NCBI GenBank assembly: GCA_934155185.1
Contig: CAKPGT010000001.1
Coordinates: forward strand, 21,684 to 85,683
DNA from: an uncultured Bacilli bacterium
Lineage (GTDB): Bacteria > Bacillota_I > Bacilli_A > RF39 > UBA660
Direction of reading: 5' to 3'
Length of the DNA stretch: 64,000 nt
Position numbers and translations under genes: made by a program. Below, piece by piece: positions 9,573 through 19,557 of this stretch. Numbering within the stretch: the first letter of the stretch is position 1; each line of letters starts with the position of its first letter. The notes under the pieces are model-generated. The model did no database searches and was not told the origin of the DNA. It saw only the letters and a program-made list of their open reading frames with translations.

Positions 9573-11011
9573 TGAATTACTTAGATAAAAGTTTAAAAGA
9601 AATACATGAAGCTTTAAAAACGGGTAAGGTAACAAGTAATGAATTAATAAAAGAATCTCTTAAAAGAGCTCATAAATATCAAGATGAGTTAAATAGCTTT
9701 GTAACAATACTAGATGATGCAAAGGAAGAAAGTGTTACAGATAATGTGCTTTCAGGAATTCCATGTGCAGTTAAAGATAACTTTTCAACTAAGGGAGTTC
9801 TTACAACAGCATCTTCAAATATACTAAAAGACTATGTCCCAGTATTTGATGCAACTTCTGTTAAAAAACTAAAGGATAGTGGCGCTGTTGTAATAGGTAA
9901 AACAGTACTTGATGAACTTGCTATGGGAGGAACTGGTACAACAGGACACACAGGAGTAGTTAGAAATCCTTGGGATACATCAAGGCTTATAGGTGGTTCG
10001 TCAGCTGGCTCTGCAGCAGCAGTAGCACGCGGGATAGTTCCTTATGCACTTGGTTCAGATACAGGAGATTCTATTCGTAAGCCAGCAGGATACGGCGGAA
10101 TAGTTGGATATAAACCTACTTATGGACTTATTTCTAGATGGGGATTATTTGCATTTGCATCAAGTTTAGATCATGTAGGATGTTTTTCTAAAACAGTAGA
10201 AGATTCAGCATATGTAATAGAAAATTTAAAGGGAATAGATTCTAATGACATGACCTCATTTGATTCAAAAGACATAAACATAATTGATAATTTAAATAAT
10301 GATACAAAGGGTAAAAAGTTATTTTATATAAAAGAAATAGTTGATGAATTAAAAGATGATAATAAATACTATGAAAACTTTTTAAAAGTGCTATCATATG
10401 CTAAAGAATTAGGTATCGAAGTTAAAGAAGAAAGCATAGACAAAAACATATTAAACGGAATTTATCCATCATATATGGCAATTTCATGTGCTGAAGCAAC
10501 TAGCAATAACTCAAATCTTACCGGAATTCCTTTTGGTAATAGAATAGATGGAAATACTCCAGATGAAGTTATGATAAATACTAGAACTGAAGGATTTTCA
10601 GAGTTAATAAGAAGGAGATTTGTTATTGGTTCATTTATACTTCAAAGAGAAAACCAGGAAAAACTATTTAAAAATGCTCAGAGAATTAGAAGGCTTGTAG
10701 TGGATAAAATGACAGAATTATTTAAAGAATATGATGCATGTATTATGCCAAATGCAGGCGCTATTGCACCGCACTTTGATGAAGAGATGGACCGTTTATC
10801 AGAAAAATACTTGCTTTTAGAAAACCATCTTGCAATTGGTAATTTTGGAGGCTTTCCATCAATTACAATCCCATCAGGAATTATTTATGACATGCCGGTT
10901 GCAGTAAATATAACTGGACCTATAATGAGTGATGATAAAGTATTTAATATTGCAAAAAAATTAGAAGAAAAAATTGGTTTCGTGCCACTTTCACTAAAGG
11001 AGGAAAACTAA
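9572..11011 (+). CDS. gatA: Glu/Asp-tRNA amidotransferase subunit A
   Basis: Amidase signature GGSSAGSAAAVA and the conserved KDN...T motif. 479 aa. Confidence 0.9.
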   Translation: MNYLDKSLKEIHEALKTGKVTSNELIKESLKRAHKYQDELNSFVTILDDAKEESVTDNVLSGIPCAVKDNFSTKGVLTTASSNILKDYVPVFDATSVKKLKDSGAVVIGKTVLDELAMGGTGTTGHTGVVRNPWDTSRLIGGSSAGSAAAVARGIVPYALGSDTGDSIRKPAGYGGIVGYKPTYGLISRWGLFAFASSLDHVGCFSKTVEDSAYVIENLKGIDSNDMTSFDSKDINIIDNLNNDTKGKKLFYIKEIVDELKDDNKYYENFLKVLSYAKELGIEVKEESIDKNILNGIYPSYMAISCAEATSNNSNLTGIPFGNRIDGNTPDEVMINTRTEGFSELIRRRFVIGSFILQRENQEKLFKNAQRIRRLVVDKMTELFKEYDACIMPNAGAIAPHFDEEMDRLSEKYLLLENHLAIGNFGGFPSITIPSGIIYDMPVAVNITGPIMSDDKVFNIAKKLEEKIGFVPLSLKEEN

Positions 11012-11012
11012 T

Positions 11013-12437
11013 ATGTATAAGGTAACAATAGGACTTGAAGTTCACTGCGAATTAGAGTCAAATTCAAAAGTTTTTTCTCCGGCTGTAAATGGTTATACTG
11101 AAGCTCCAAATAGCCATGTTGCATATCAAGATTTAGGCTTTCCTGGAATACTTCCTGTTGTTAACGAAGAAGCAGTTAAAAGAGCTTTAAAAGTATCTAT
11201 GGCACTTAATTGTAAACAACCAGATGAAATAATTTTCGATAGAAAAAATTATTATTATCCAGATTTACCAAAAGGTTATCAAATAACTCAGATGACTAAA
11301 CCAGTAGGTACAGATGGATATTTAGATATTGATGTTGATGGAAAGATAAAAAGAATAGGGATACATGATACTCATCTAGAAGAAGATTCAGCATCATTAG
11401 ATCACTATGATACATATTCTTTAATAGATTATAATAGATCTGGTGTGCCACTTCTTGAAACAGTAACTGAACCATGCATTCATTCTAAAGAAGAAGCGCT
11501 AAAATTTTTGGAAACATATCGTTCTTTAATAGTTTACTGCGGTGTTTCTGAAGCTAGAAGTGATAGAGGGCAAATGAGATGTGATGTTAATGTCTCAATA
11601 TCTGATACAGATGAATTAGGTTGTAAAGTTGAAATGAAAAACGTAAATTCATTTTATAACGTAGGACGTGCAATAGACTATGAAATTAAAAGACAGACTG
11701 AAATACTTGAAAAAGGCGGAAAAGTAGAGCAGGAAACAAGACGTTTTGATGATGAAACAGGTGAAACGTTTAAAATGAGAAGTAAAGCTGATGCAGTTGA
11801 TTATAAATATTTTATAGAACCAAATATTGCACCAACGCCTGTTACAGATGAAATGCTAGATGAAATTAGGAAGACAATTCCAATGCTACAATTAGATAGG
11901 GTAAAAAAATATACAAGTGAGTATGAACTTTCTAAATATGATTCTGAAGTATTAGTTAAAACTAAAGAAGTATCTGACTTCTTTAATGAAGTTGTTGCAC
12001 TTAACTGTGATCCTAAAAAGGCTTGTAACTGGATAACTGGCATGCTTTTAGGATATTTAAATGCTAATGAATTAACTATAGATGAGGTTCCTGTTAAACC
12101 AGAGGTGATAAAGGAATTAATTGATTTAATTGATAATAAAACAATATCATCAAAGCAGGCTAAAGAAGTATTTGAAGATATGATAGAATCAGGCAAAACA
12201 CCAAGCGTAATTGTAAAAGAAAAAGGTATGATGCAAATAACTGATGATTCAGCTATTCATGATATAGTTATGGAAGTATTAAAAGAAAATGACGACCAAG
12301 CAAGAGAATATAATCCTGAAAAAACAAGAATGATCGATTTCTTTGTAGGACAGGTTATGAAAAAAACTCGTGGTAAGGCAAATCCAGCTAAAACAATGGA
12401 AATGCTAAGAGAAGAACTTGCTAAATATAATAAATAA
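11013..12437 (+). CDS. gatB: Glu/Asp-tRNA amidotransferase subunit B
   Basis: IGLEVHCEL, YYYPDLPKGYQITQ and the C-terminal GatB/Yqey-type tail. 474 aa. Confidence 0.9.
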   Translation: MYKVTIGLEVHCELESNSKVFSPAVNGYTEAPNSHVAYQDLGFPGILPVVNEEAVKRALKVSMALNCKQPDEIIFDRKNYYYPDLPKGYQITQMTKPVGTDGYLDIDVDGKIKRIGIHDTHLEEDSASLDHYDTYSLIDYNRSGVPLLETVTEPCIHSKEEALKFLETYRSLIVYCGVSEARSDRGQMRCDVNVSISDTDELGCKVEMKNVNSFYNVGRAIDYEIKRQTEILEKGGKVEQETRRFDDETGETFKMRSKADAVDYKYFIEPNIAPTPVTDEMLDEIRKTIPMLQLDRVKKYTSEYELSKYDSEVLVKTKEVSDFFNEVVALNCDPKKACNWITGMLLGYLNANELTIDEVPVKPEVIKELIDLIDNKTISSKQAKEVFEDMIESGKTPSVIVKEKGMMQITDDSAIHDIVMEVLKENDDQAREYNPEKTRMIDFFVGQVMKKTRGKANPAKTMEMLREELAKYNK

Positions 12438-12638
12438 TATGAAGAAGGCTAAATTAAGGCTTTCTTTTTGTATACATAGAAAAAGGTTTATTAAAAAATG
12501 TAAAATATCAAGCTTAGATACTACGTGATATGGAGAAATTTTGATATTTATTGTATAATAAGAGGGATTTTAGTTCTATATTACTTTTTTAAAAGTTATC
12601 AAAGAATATATGAACAAATTAAAAGGAGCGTAGATTTT

Positions 12639-13487
12639 ATGGGAGTTTTATATATAGTTGCAACACCTATTGGTAATTTAAATGATTTTTCTAAAAGGGG
12701 GGTAGATACCCTTACAAACTGCGATTTAATATTAGCAGAAGACACAAGGCAGACATTAAAGCTTTTAAGTCACTTTAATATAAAAAATAAATTAATGGCA
12801 TATCACAAATTTAATGAAATGAAAAAAGTAGATGAGATAGTTAAATATTTGAAAGGTGATAGTAATATAGCATTAGTTTCGGATGCGGGAACACCTTGTA
12901 TATCAGATCCGGGCTATATATTAGTTAAAAGAGCAAGAAAAGAAAATATAAAAGTCTTATCTGTGCCTGGGTGCTCTGCCGTTATTTCAGCTTTATCTAT
13001 TTCTGGTTTAGATACTTCTTCATTTTCATTTTATGGATTTGTTCCAAATGATAACAAAGAAAGAAAAAAGCTGTTTGAAGAAATAAATTACTCTAAAATT
13101 AAAACAAAAGTATTATATGAATCTCCTAAAAGAATAATAAAATTATTAGAAGATTTAAAAAATTACTTTCCAAATAGTTATATATCTGTTTGCAGTGAAT
13201 TAACAAAAATACATGAAAAAACCGTATATGGTAAAGTAGAAGAAGTTTATGAAAGCTTTCTAAATGATGAAAATGCAAATAAAGGGGAGTACGTTATTTT
13301 AATAAGTAATGATGTAAAAGAAAAAGAAGATAATAATTTATCTATAGAATCATTATTAGTAGATGAAATAATTAAGAATAACGTATCATTAAAAGAAGCT
13401 ATAGCAAGTGTTAATAAAAAATATGAAAATATAAGCAAAAGAGACATATATAATGCCTCTTTGAACTTAAAAGAATACTTAAGATAA
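12639..13487 (+). CDS. rsmI: 16S rRNA (cytidine1402-2'-O)-methyltransferase
   Basis: MGVLYIVATPIGNLNDFS...SDAGTPCISDPG is the tetrapyrrole-methylase-fold RsmI signature. The start at 12639 (RBS AAAGGAG) is preferred over 12525. Confidence 0.85.
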   Translation: MGVLYIVATPIGNLNDFSKRGVDTLTNCDLILAEDTRQTLKLLSHFNIKNKLMAYHKFNEMKKVDEIVKYLKGDSNIALVSDAGTPCISDPGYILVKRARKENIKVLSVPGCSAVISALSISGLDTSSFSFYGFVPNDNKERKKLFEEINYSKIKTKVLYESPKRIIKLLEDLKNYFPNSYISVCSELTKIHEKTVYGKVEEVYESFLNDENANKGEYVILISNDVKEKEDNNLSIESLLVDEIIKNNVSLKEAIASVNKKYENISKRDIYNASLNLKEYLR

Positions 13488-13492
13488 AACGT

Positions 13493-14737
13493 TTAACTAA
13501 CGTTTTTTTCTTTGCTATAAAGCCAATTTTTGCCCTCAACAAATCTAGATATTAACATACAGCTTGCTGGATTTCCAACAACATTTATAGCTGTTGCAGG
13601 AGCATCAATTATTATTCCTATAGTAGATATAATTGCAAATGCACCAGCAGGGAAACTATACATACTAACAATTAACATTTCACCAATTAATCCACCAGCA
13701 GGAATACCACTCATAACAACACCAGATAGTACTGATATTAAAATAGCTGTTAAAAACGTACCTATACCAGTAAAATCTCTACCGAAGATAGCAAATAGAA
13801 ACGAGATTTTAAGTATAGCACTCATAACACTACCATGCATATTCATACTGCAACCAACACTCATTGAAACTTCACTAATATCTTCTGGGATACCCATTTT
13901 ACTTGCACTTTCTAAATTAGTTGGTAGTGTAGCTAAACTAGATTGAGTTGCAAGTGCAACAACAGTTGGGTTAAGTATGTTTTTATAAAATAATTTAACA
14001 CCTTTTTTACCACCAGCTATAAATGCATAAAGAGTGTAGAAAATAAAGTAATATAATACTCCAACAACAAGGTAAATTAAGAAACTTTTTATATACCCTT
14101 TAACTAAAGTAGTACCAAAAGTACCTATTAGATTAGCAAAATATCCAAATAAACCAATAGGTGCATAAAACATAACTATTTTAATAGCTTTCATCATTGC
14201 GTTAGAACATATTTCTAATAGTTCAGTTAATTTTTTTGCCTTTTCTTTAAGCATACTAATAGATACACCAACAATAATAGAGAAAATAATAAGTGGTAAT
14301 ATATGACTTCTTGATAGAATATCACTAAAATCATTTACTGTTATAGCTTCTACTATTTTTTGACCAACACTTATACTTTCATTTGAAACCGTATTATCTA
14401 TTAACATGTTAGTAGAATCTATAGGGGAGACAATCTTAAGTGAAATAAACATAAATATAGCTGAAATACTACATGTTATTATAAATACTATAAGTGATGT
14501 TACAGCAATTTTACCAAGCCTTTTTAAATCCACCATTTTAGCAATACTACTTGTTACTGTAAAAAATACTAGAGGGACTACTATTGTAAACATTAAGTTT
14601 AAGAAAATATCACCAAGTGGCTTAAAAATAGATGCATTATCTTTCATTATAATACCGGTAATGCTTCCTAATACTACAGAAATTAAAATTATAAGAGAAA
14701 ACCCATAATTTTTAATAAACTTATTTTTGATTTTCAT
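13493..14737 (-). CDS. Dicarboxylate/amino acid:cation symporter (DAACS family)
   Basis: 414-aa polytopic protein with an NMHGS (NMDG-like) motif and typical GltP/SstT architecture. Confidence 0.75.
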   Translation of the reverse strand: MKIKNKFIKNYGFSLIILISVVLGSITGIIMKDNASIFKPLGDIFLNLMFTIVVPLVFFTVTSSIAKMVDLKRLGKIAVTSLIVFIITCSISAIFMFISLKIVSPIDSTNMLIDNTVSNESISVGQKIVEAITVNDFSDILSRSHILPLIIFSIIVGVSISMLKEKAKKLTELLEICSNAMMKAIKIVMFYAPIGLFGYFANLIGTFGTTLVKGYIKSFLIYLVVGVLYYFIFYTLYAFIAGGKKGVKLFYKNILNPTVVALATQSSLATLPTNLESASKMGIPEDISEVSMSVGCSMNMHGSVMSAILKISFLFAIFGRDFTGIGTFLTAILISVLSGVVMSGIPAGGLIGEMLIVSMYSFPAGAFAIISTIGIIIDAPATAINVVGNPASCMLISRFVEGKNWLYSKEKNVS

Positions 14738-14851
14738 TACAACCTCCTAATTAAATATATTAAAAAAAATGATAATATTTACTAAAATAAAGCTTATATT
14801 GATATAAAATCTATACCATGCTATACTTTAATTAGAAAAGAGGGTAATTAT

Positions 14852-16096
14852 ATGTATGATGTAGTAGTTATTGGAGCGGGAGCATCAGGGGTGTTTTTTT
14901 CACTTGTACTAAAAAGCCTAAATTCATTTGCTGATATCTTGATTTTAGAAAAGAATGATAAGCTAGGCAAAAAGCTTTTGATGACAGGAAATGGTAGATG
15001 TAATTTAGGAAATAAAGAAAACTTATTGGAAAATTACTATAGTTCTTCATCTTTAAGTGCTTTTAAAGATAAATTAGAAGTAAAAGATTATGACTTTTTA
15101 GATATATTGCCTAGTGATTTAGAAAATTATTATGAGTATTTAAATGCCTTTGGGATAATTATAAGAAAAGAAGATAATAGTAGTAGATTATATCCGTACT
15201 CTAATCAAGCACTTACTGTTTGTAAATCATTTGAAAGAGCTTTAGAAGAAAAAGGCATTAAAGTAAAATATAATTATGATGTAAAAAAAGTAGAGAAAGA
15301 AAATGAAATATTTATAATAAATGATGAGATAAAATGTAAGAAGCTTGTAGTAGCAACTGGTGGGGTAAGTTATCCTAAAACAGGTTCAACTGGCTTTGGA
15401 CATGAAATATTAAAATCATTTAACCATACTATAACTAAACTATACCCATCATTAACGTATTTAAATACTGATTATAAATATATAAAGGAACTTGCTGGTG
15501 TAAGGTTTGATTCATATGTTAGTTTAAGTGTTGATGGCTTTATAGAGAAAAGTGAAAAAGGACAAGTTCAGTTTACAAAGGACTCATTATCAGGCATAAT
15601 AGTATTTAATTTATCAAGAAATGTTTCAAAGTATTTAGATGAAGGAAAAAAAGTGAAATTGATATTAAACTTAGTTACTAATTATAGTGGGTTTGAGTTA
15701 AAAGATTACTTAAAAGGCTTTTACTCATATAAAGTAGAAGATGCATTATCTACTATAGTTAATAATAAGCTAGCTCTTATAGTTGCAAAAGAATTAAACT
15801 TAAGTGGCTTAATGGTAAAGCAGTTAAAAGAAAACGAGCTAGAAGGGTTATGCTTTAACTTACAAAACATGTATTTTAATATAGTAGGTGTAGGTGGCTT
15901 TGATGCAGCACAAATAACAAATGGAGGAGCATTATTAAGTGAGTTTACTAGTGGTTTAGAATCTAAGAAAACATGCGGATTATATGCCATAGGGGAAGTT
16001 TTAGATGTAGACGGAAAGTGCGGCGGATATAATCTTTCTTGGGCATTTACTAGCGCTTTAGAAGCTGCAAAAGACTTAAGTAATAAAATAAATTAA
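14852..16096 (+). CDS. HI0933/BaiN-like NAD(P)/FAD-dependent oxidoreductase
   Basis: YDVVVIGAGASG and TGNGRCNLGN motifs. 414 aa. Confidence 0.8.
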   Translation: MYDVVVIGAGASGVFFSLVLKSLNSFADILILEKNDKLGKKLLMTGNGRCNLGNKENLLENYYSSSSLSAFKDKLEVKDYDFLDILPSDLENYYEYLNAFGIIIRKEDNSSRLYPYSNQALTVCKSFERALEEKGIKVKYNYDVKKVEKENEIFIINDEIKCKKLVVATGGVSYPKTGSTGFGHEILKSFNHTITKLYPSLTYLNTDYKYIKELAGVRFDSYVSLSVDGFIEKSEKGQVQFTKDSLSGIIVFNLSRNVSKYLDEGKKVKLILNLVTNYSGFELKDYLKGFYSYKVEDALSTIVNNKLALIVAKELNLSGLMVKQLKENELEGLCFNLQNMYFNIVGVGGFDAAQITNGGALLSEFTSGLESKKTCGLYAIGEVLDVDGKCGGYNLSWAFTSALEAAKDLSNKIN

Positions 16097-16137
16097 TATG
16101 CTATAATAGAAATATAAATAATAAAGGGAGTTTTAAT

Positions 16138-17235
16138 ATGAAGGCATCAAGTAGCATTAAAAATAATAGTTTAATTACAATAATGAAATGCTTTATAGTA
16201 TTACTTATAGTAGTATTTATATTTATAAGTAGTTATATAATAAAGAAAGGTGATATAAACACTAATAAAAATAATACTAATAATAAGATAACAATTAGTA
16301 AGATTTCAAAGTCGCCATACGATAAATATAAAAATGTAGAATTTGTAAAGGATACTAAAATAGGCGAAGATGGTGGATTTTTTATCACAGTATATAATAA
16401 TTTAGTTCAATCTAAAATAGAGATAATAAATGGTAAAATAAATGTATCAACTTATAATGATGATAATAGACTTACATCTAAGTATATAATTAGTGATATT
16501 ACTTCGAAAGTTAAATATATAACGGCATTTGATTTAGATAATTATGGACCATTATCTGGACCTATTGCAGCACTTACTGCTAATAATGAAGTATATATAG
16601 GAGATTATAGTGAAAGCACATCTAAAGTGGAATTTAAAAAGTTTCAAAGTAACATATTAGATATGCTTATTGTATCTGATGATGATATAAGTAAAAATAG
16701 TCTTTATTTACTTACCAGTGATGGCAACTTAAAATTAGTTAAATATAATGATAGTGAAAAAGTATATGAATTATCAGATAATTTGTATGAAGATAGATAT
16801 GTATTTATTGGTAATTATCATGAAGGTGGTATTTCTTATATTATGGCAGCTCATGCAAAGGATGGCTCTATAGTATTTGCAAATTATAAGGACTTAAGTA
16901 AAATTTCTTTAGGATATGAACCGGTTAAATTTAATGGCCAAAAAGTATTTGTTAGCTACGTATTTATAAAGGAAGATGGAGAAACATCAAAACTATATAT
17001 AATTACAAAAGATAAAGATATGTTAACAACTAATAAAGATAGGTATTATGGTGCTGATGAAAGTGTTTGTAAGGAATGCTATGGATTAAAGAAATATAAT
17101 AGTTCAAAAGTGAAAAATGTAGAAATTTTAAATAAGGATAAACTTTCTAACAATTACGAAATTAAAATTATTTATGATAATAAAAAAGAAGAAATTATAA
17201 AATCAAACTACTATTATAAAGCTAGTAGCTACTAA
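16138..17235 (+). CDS. Hypothetical membrane-anchored protein
   Basis: N-terminal TM segment followed by an uncharacterised 330-aa ectodomain. Confidence 0.45.
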   Translation: MKASSSIKNNSLITIMKCFIVLLIVVFIFISSYIIKKGDINTNKNNTNNKITISKISKSPYDKYKNVEFVKDTKIGEDGGFFITVYNNLVQSKIEIINGKINVSTYNDDNRLTSKYIISDITSKVKYITAFDLDNYGPLSGPIAALTANNEVYIGDYSESTSKVEFKKFQSNILDMLIVSDDDISKNSLYLLTSDGNLKLVKYNDSEKVYELSDNLYEDRYVFIGNYHEGGISYIMAAHAKDGSIVFANYKDLSKISLGYEPVKFNGQKVFVSYVFIKEDGETSKLYIITKDKDMLTTNKDRYYGADESVCKECYGLKKYNSSKVKNVEILNKDKLSNNYEIKIIYDNKKEEIIKSNYYYKASSY

Positions 17236-17265
17236 AATATAATTACATTAAAAAGGAGAATATTT

Positions 17266-18342
17266 ATGGATACACAGATTACAAAAAAGAAGTTAAAAAA
17301 GAAAGTGAAAATAGCGATTATTATAGTTTTACTTATAATAATTACTGGCTTATCTATTATTTTGATATTTGGTAAGAATAATAGTAAAAATAGCAACAAA
17401 AAGCCTAAGACAACAACTACAACAACCAAGAAAGTAGAAAAAATAAAAGTAGTAGATCCTGATTCTAATTCAAGGCCTATTGCAGTTATGATAAATAATA
17501 ATAAGGCTGTATGGGGATATCAAGCTGGTATTCAAGATGCTTATATTACTTATGAGATGATAGTAGAAGGCGGAATAACTAGAATGATGGCCTTATTTAA
17601 AGATAAAAATACTGAAAGAATAGCATCTGTTAGGAGTTCTAGACATTATTACTTAGATTATGCTTTAGAAAATGATGCAATATATGCTCATATAGGATGG
17701 AGTCCTAGAGCTCAAAGCGATATATCTAGCTTAAACGTGCTGGCTATAAATGCTGATAATAGTAATGCGTTTACATGGGATAATAGCTTAAGAAAAATTG
17801 CTAGGGAGCATAGAGCTTATACAAGTATAGATAGAATAAAAGAAGCTGCTAAAAAAAGAGGATATAGTTTAACTACTAATAAAAAGCTTTTACTAAAATA
17901 TCAAGTAGAACCACTTAATTTATCTAACTACGAAGGCGTAATACCAGCTAATACTGTTAAGATTCCTTACTCAAAAAGTCATATAACAAGCTATACTTAT
18001 GGCCCTGAAAACAAAGTATACAAAAGATACCAAAATGGTATAGAACATAAAGATTATGCAACTGGAATGCAGTATACTGCTAAGAATATAATAACTTATA
18101 AGGTTCATAATTATACTTTAAATGATGGTTATGCTGGAGGAAGGCAAGATTTAAATAACATCGGAAGCGGTGATGGCTATTATATTTCAGAAGGATATGC
18201 AATTCCAATTACATGGCAAAAGTCTTCAAGAAGTGCTCAAACCGTATATAAAGTTAAGCAAACAAACAAAGAATTAGTAGTGAATGATGGCAATACATTT
18301 ATTCAAATACAGCCTGATATACAAACTTTAACAATAGAATAG
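17266..18342 (+). CDS. DUF3048 (YerB-like) secreted/anchored protein
   Basis: RPIAVMINNNKAVWGYQAGIQDAYITYEMIVEGGITRMMALF matches the DUF3048 core as I remember it. N-terminal TM anchor. Confidence 0.65.
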   Translation: MDTQITKKKLKKKVKIAIIIVLLIIITGLSIILIFGKNNSKNSNKKPKTTTTTTKKVEKIKVVDPDSNSRPIAVMINNNKAVWGYQAGIQDAYITYEMIVEGGITRMMALFKDKNTERIASVRSSRHYYLDYALENDAIYAHIGWSPRAQSDISSLNVLAINADNSNAFTWDNSLRKIAREHRAYTSIDRIKEAAKKRGYSLTTNKKLLLKYQVEPLNLSNYEGVIPANTVKIPYSKSHITSYTYGPENKVYKRYQNGIEHKDYATGMQYTAKNIITYKVHNYTLNDGYAGGRQDLNNIGSGDGYYISEGYAIPITWQKSSRSAQTVYKVKQTNKELVVNDGNTFIQIQPDIQTLTIE

Positions 18343-18379
18343 TAAATTTATAAAGGCATATAATTATGTAGGTGATTAT

Positions 18380-19189
18380 ATGTCTTTTATTTATCTATTT
18401 TTAATTGGAATCTTAATTGGAACAGCAATGGTTATACCAGGTGTTTCTGGTGCTGTTATAGCAGTTATTTTTGGTGTTTATGATAAGATGATATTAGCAC
18501 TTACAAACCTGTTTAAAGACTTTAAAAAACACTTTATATTTCTACTTATTTTAGGTATTGGAATATTAATTGGCGCTATATGGTTTAGTAATGTAATGAT
18601 GTTTTTATATGAAAAGCATGAAGCTTTAACAAAGCTTTCTTTTATAGGTCTTATATTAGGAGGAGTTCCATACTTATTTAAGGAAGTTAAGTTTAGAAAT
18701 GAAAAGATTAATTATCTTGCTATTATATTAACAATTCTATTATCAGTTATTTTATTTCTTTTATCAAAAAATAATATTAACTTTTTAGACAAATATGATT
18801 CATATGGAAGCATTATAGGCTTTTCTTTATTGTTTTTAGCAGGAGTTATTTATTCAGTAGGTAAGGTTGTTCCTGGAGTTAGCGGGTCGTTTTTACTAAT
18901 TGTAATTGGGCTTTATGAATATGTTTTATCAGTAATGTCTCATCCTATTACTTTTGGATTAAAAGAGATTAATAAACTAATTCCATTTTCTTTAGGTTTA
19001 TTATTTGGGGTATTAAGTCTTTTAAAGTTAATGAAATTTTTACTAGAGAAAAAATTTGGCCTTATATATAGCATGATAATAGGCTTTGTATTAGGTTCTA
19101 TTGTGGCACTTATTCCTACCAATTTTACTTATATAGGTACGATTTTTATGGTATTATCATTTATATTGTCATATAAATTAGTAAAATAA
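18380..19189 (+). CDS. DUF368 family membrane protein (polyprenyl-phosphate transporter family)
   Basis: The motif PGVSG is duplicated (PGVSGAVIAVIFGVY and PGVSGSFLLIVIGLYE) in a polytopic 269-aa protein. Confidence 0.7.
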   Translation: MSFIYLFLIGILIGTAMVIPGVSGAVIAVIFGVYDKMILALTNLFKDFKKHFIFLLILGIGILIGAIWFSNVMMFLYEKHEALTKLSFIGLILGGVPYLFKEVKFRNEKINYLAIILTILLSVILFLLSKNNINFLDKYDSYGSIIGFSLLFLAGVIYSVGKVVPGVSGSFLLIVIGLYEYVLSVMSHPITFGLKEINKLIPFSLGLLFGVLSLLKLMKFLLEKKFGLIYSMIIGFVLGSIVALIPTNFTYIGTIFMVLSFILSYKLVK

Positions 19190-19272
19190 ATAAAAAAATG
19201 TTATATGGCTATTGACAACAACATATATTTTTTAGTATACTTAAAGAGCTTTAAGGAAAAAGCTATATAAAT

Positions 19273-19348
19273 GGTTCCGTGGTGTAGGGGTTAACACGTC
19301 TGCCTGTCACGCAGAAGATCGCGAGTTCAATTCTCGTCGGAACCGCCA
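19273..19348 (+). tRNA. tRNA-Asp (anticodon GUC)
   Basis: Acceptor GGTTCCG/CGGAACC, anticodon loop CTGTCAC, CCA. A TTGACA promoter lies at about 19212. Confidence 0.9.
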
Positions 19349-19369
19349 TTTTTTTTATAAAGTAATTTT

Positions 19370-19445
19370 GGCTCTGTAGCTCAGTCGGTAGAGCACAGGA
19401 CTGAAAATCCTGGTGTCGGCAGTTCGATCCTGCCCGGAGCCACCA
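19370..19445 (+). tRNA. tRNA-Phe (anticodon GAA)
   Basis: GGCTCTGTAGCTCAGTCGGTAGAGC..., anticodon loop CTGAAAA, T-loop AGTTCGATCCTG, CCA. Confidence 0.9.
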
Positions 19446-19541
19446 TTTTATAAATAAACCCTTTAGAATAAGGGTTTTTATTATAGCTGAATTTTCTAGA
19501 CGCAGTATTAAACACACTTGCATGATGATATAATCATTATG
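19440..19541 (+). repeat. Direct repeat copy A (tRNA-Phe 3' end + terminator + extended -10 promoter)
   Basis: CCACCATTTTATAA..AAACCCTTTAGAATAAGGGTTTTT..CTGAATTTTCTAGAC..ATTAAACACACTTGCATGATGATATAATCATTATG recurs at 20043-20145, roughly 93% identical by hand alignment. Confidence 0.85.
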
Positions 19542-19557
19542 ATAAGGAGGAAAAACG

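Noticed and set aside
12525-12638. Long N-terminal extensions given by the ORF track for rsmI (12525). Similar extensions occur for nusA (38351), rpsP (57695), trmB (52403), the cotZ-like gene (34493), the C15-like gene (19518), 22102, 24358, 26398, 43693, 56239 and 60558.
   Set aside because: In each case, internal start codons with proper Shine-Dalgarno spacing give N-termini that match the family consensus. The extensions run through promoters or terminators, or overlap upstream genes.
13530-14708. ORF-track entries antisense to clear genes. Examples are 66-356, 895-1179, 2405-2599, 3670-3870, 5995-6288, 8807-9296, 11801-12196, 13530-13946, 14406-14708, 15721-15990, 17232-17429, 28657-28998, 29969-30232, 33051-33323, 34514-34834, 41210-41407, 50360-51088, 54553-54744, 60530-61647 and 63209-63490.
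   Set aside because: These are shadow ORFs, common in AT-rich DNA. Their sequences are low-complexity (Ile/Phe/Leu/Ser-rich), they lack RBSs, and each lies fully inside a well-supported gene on the other strand.
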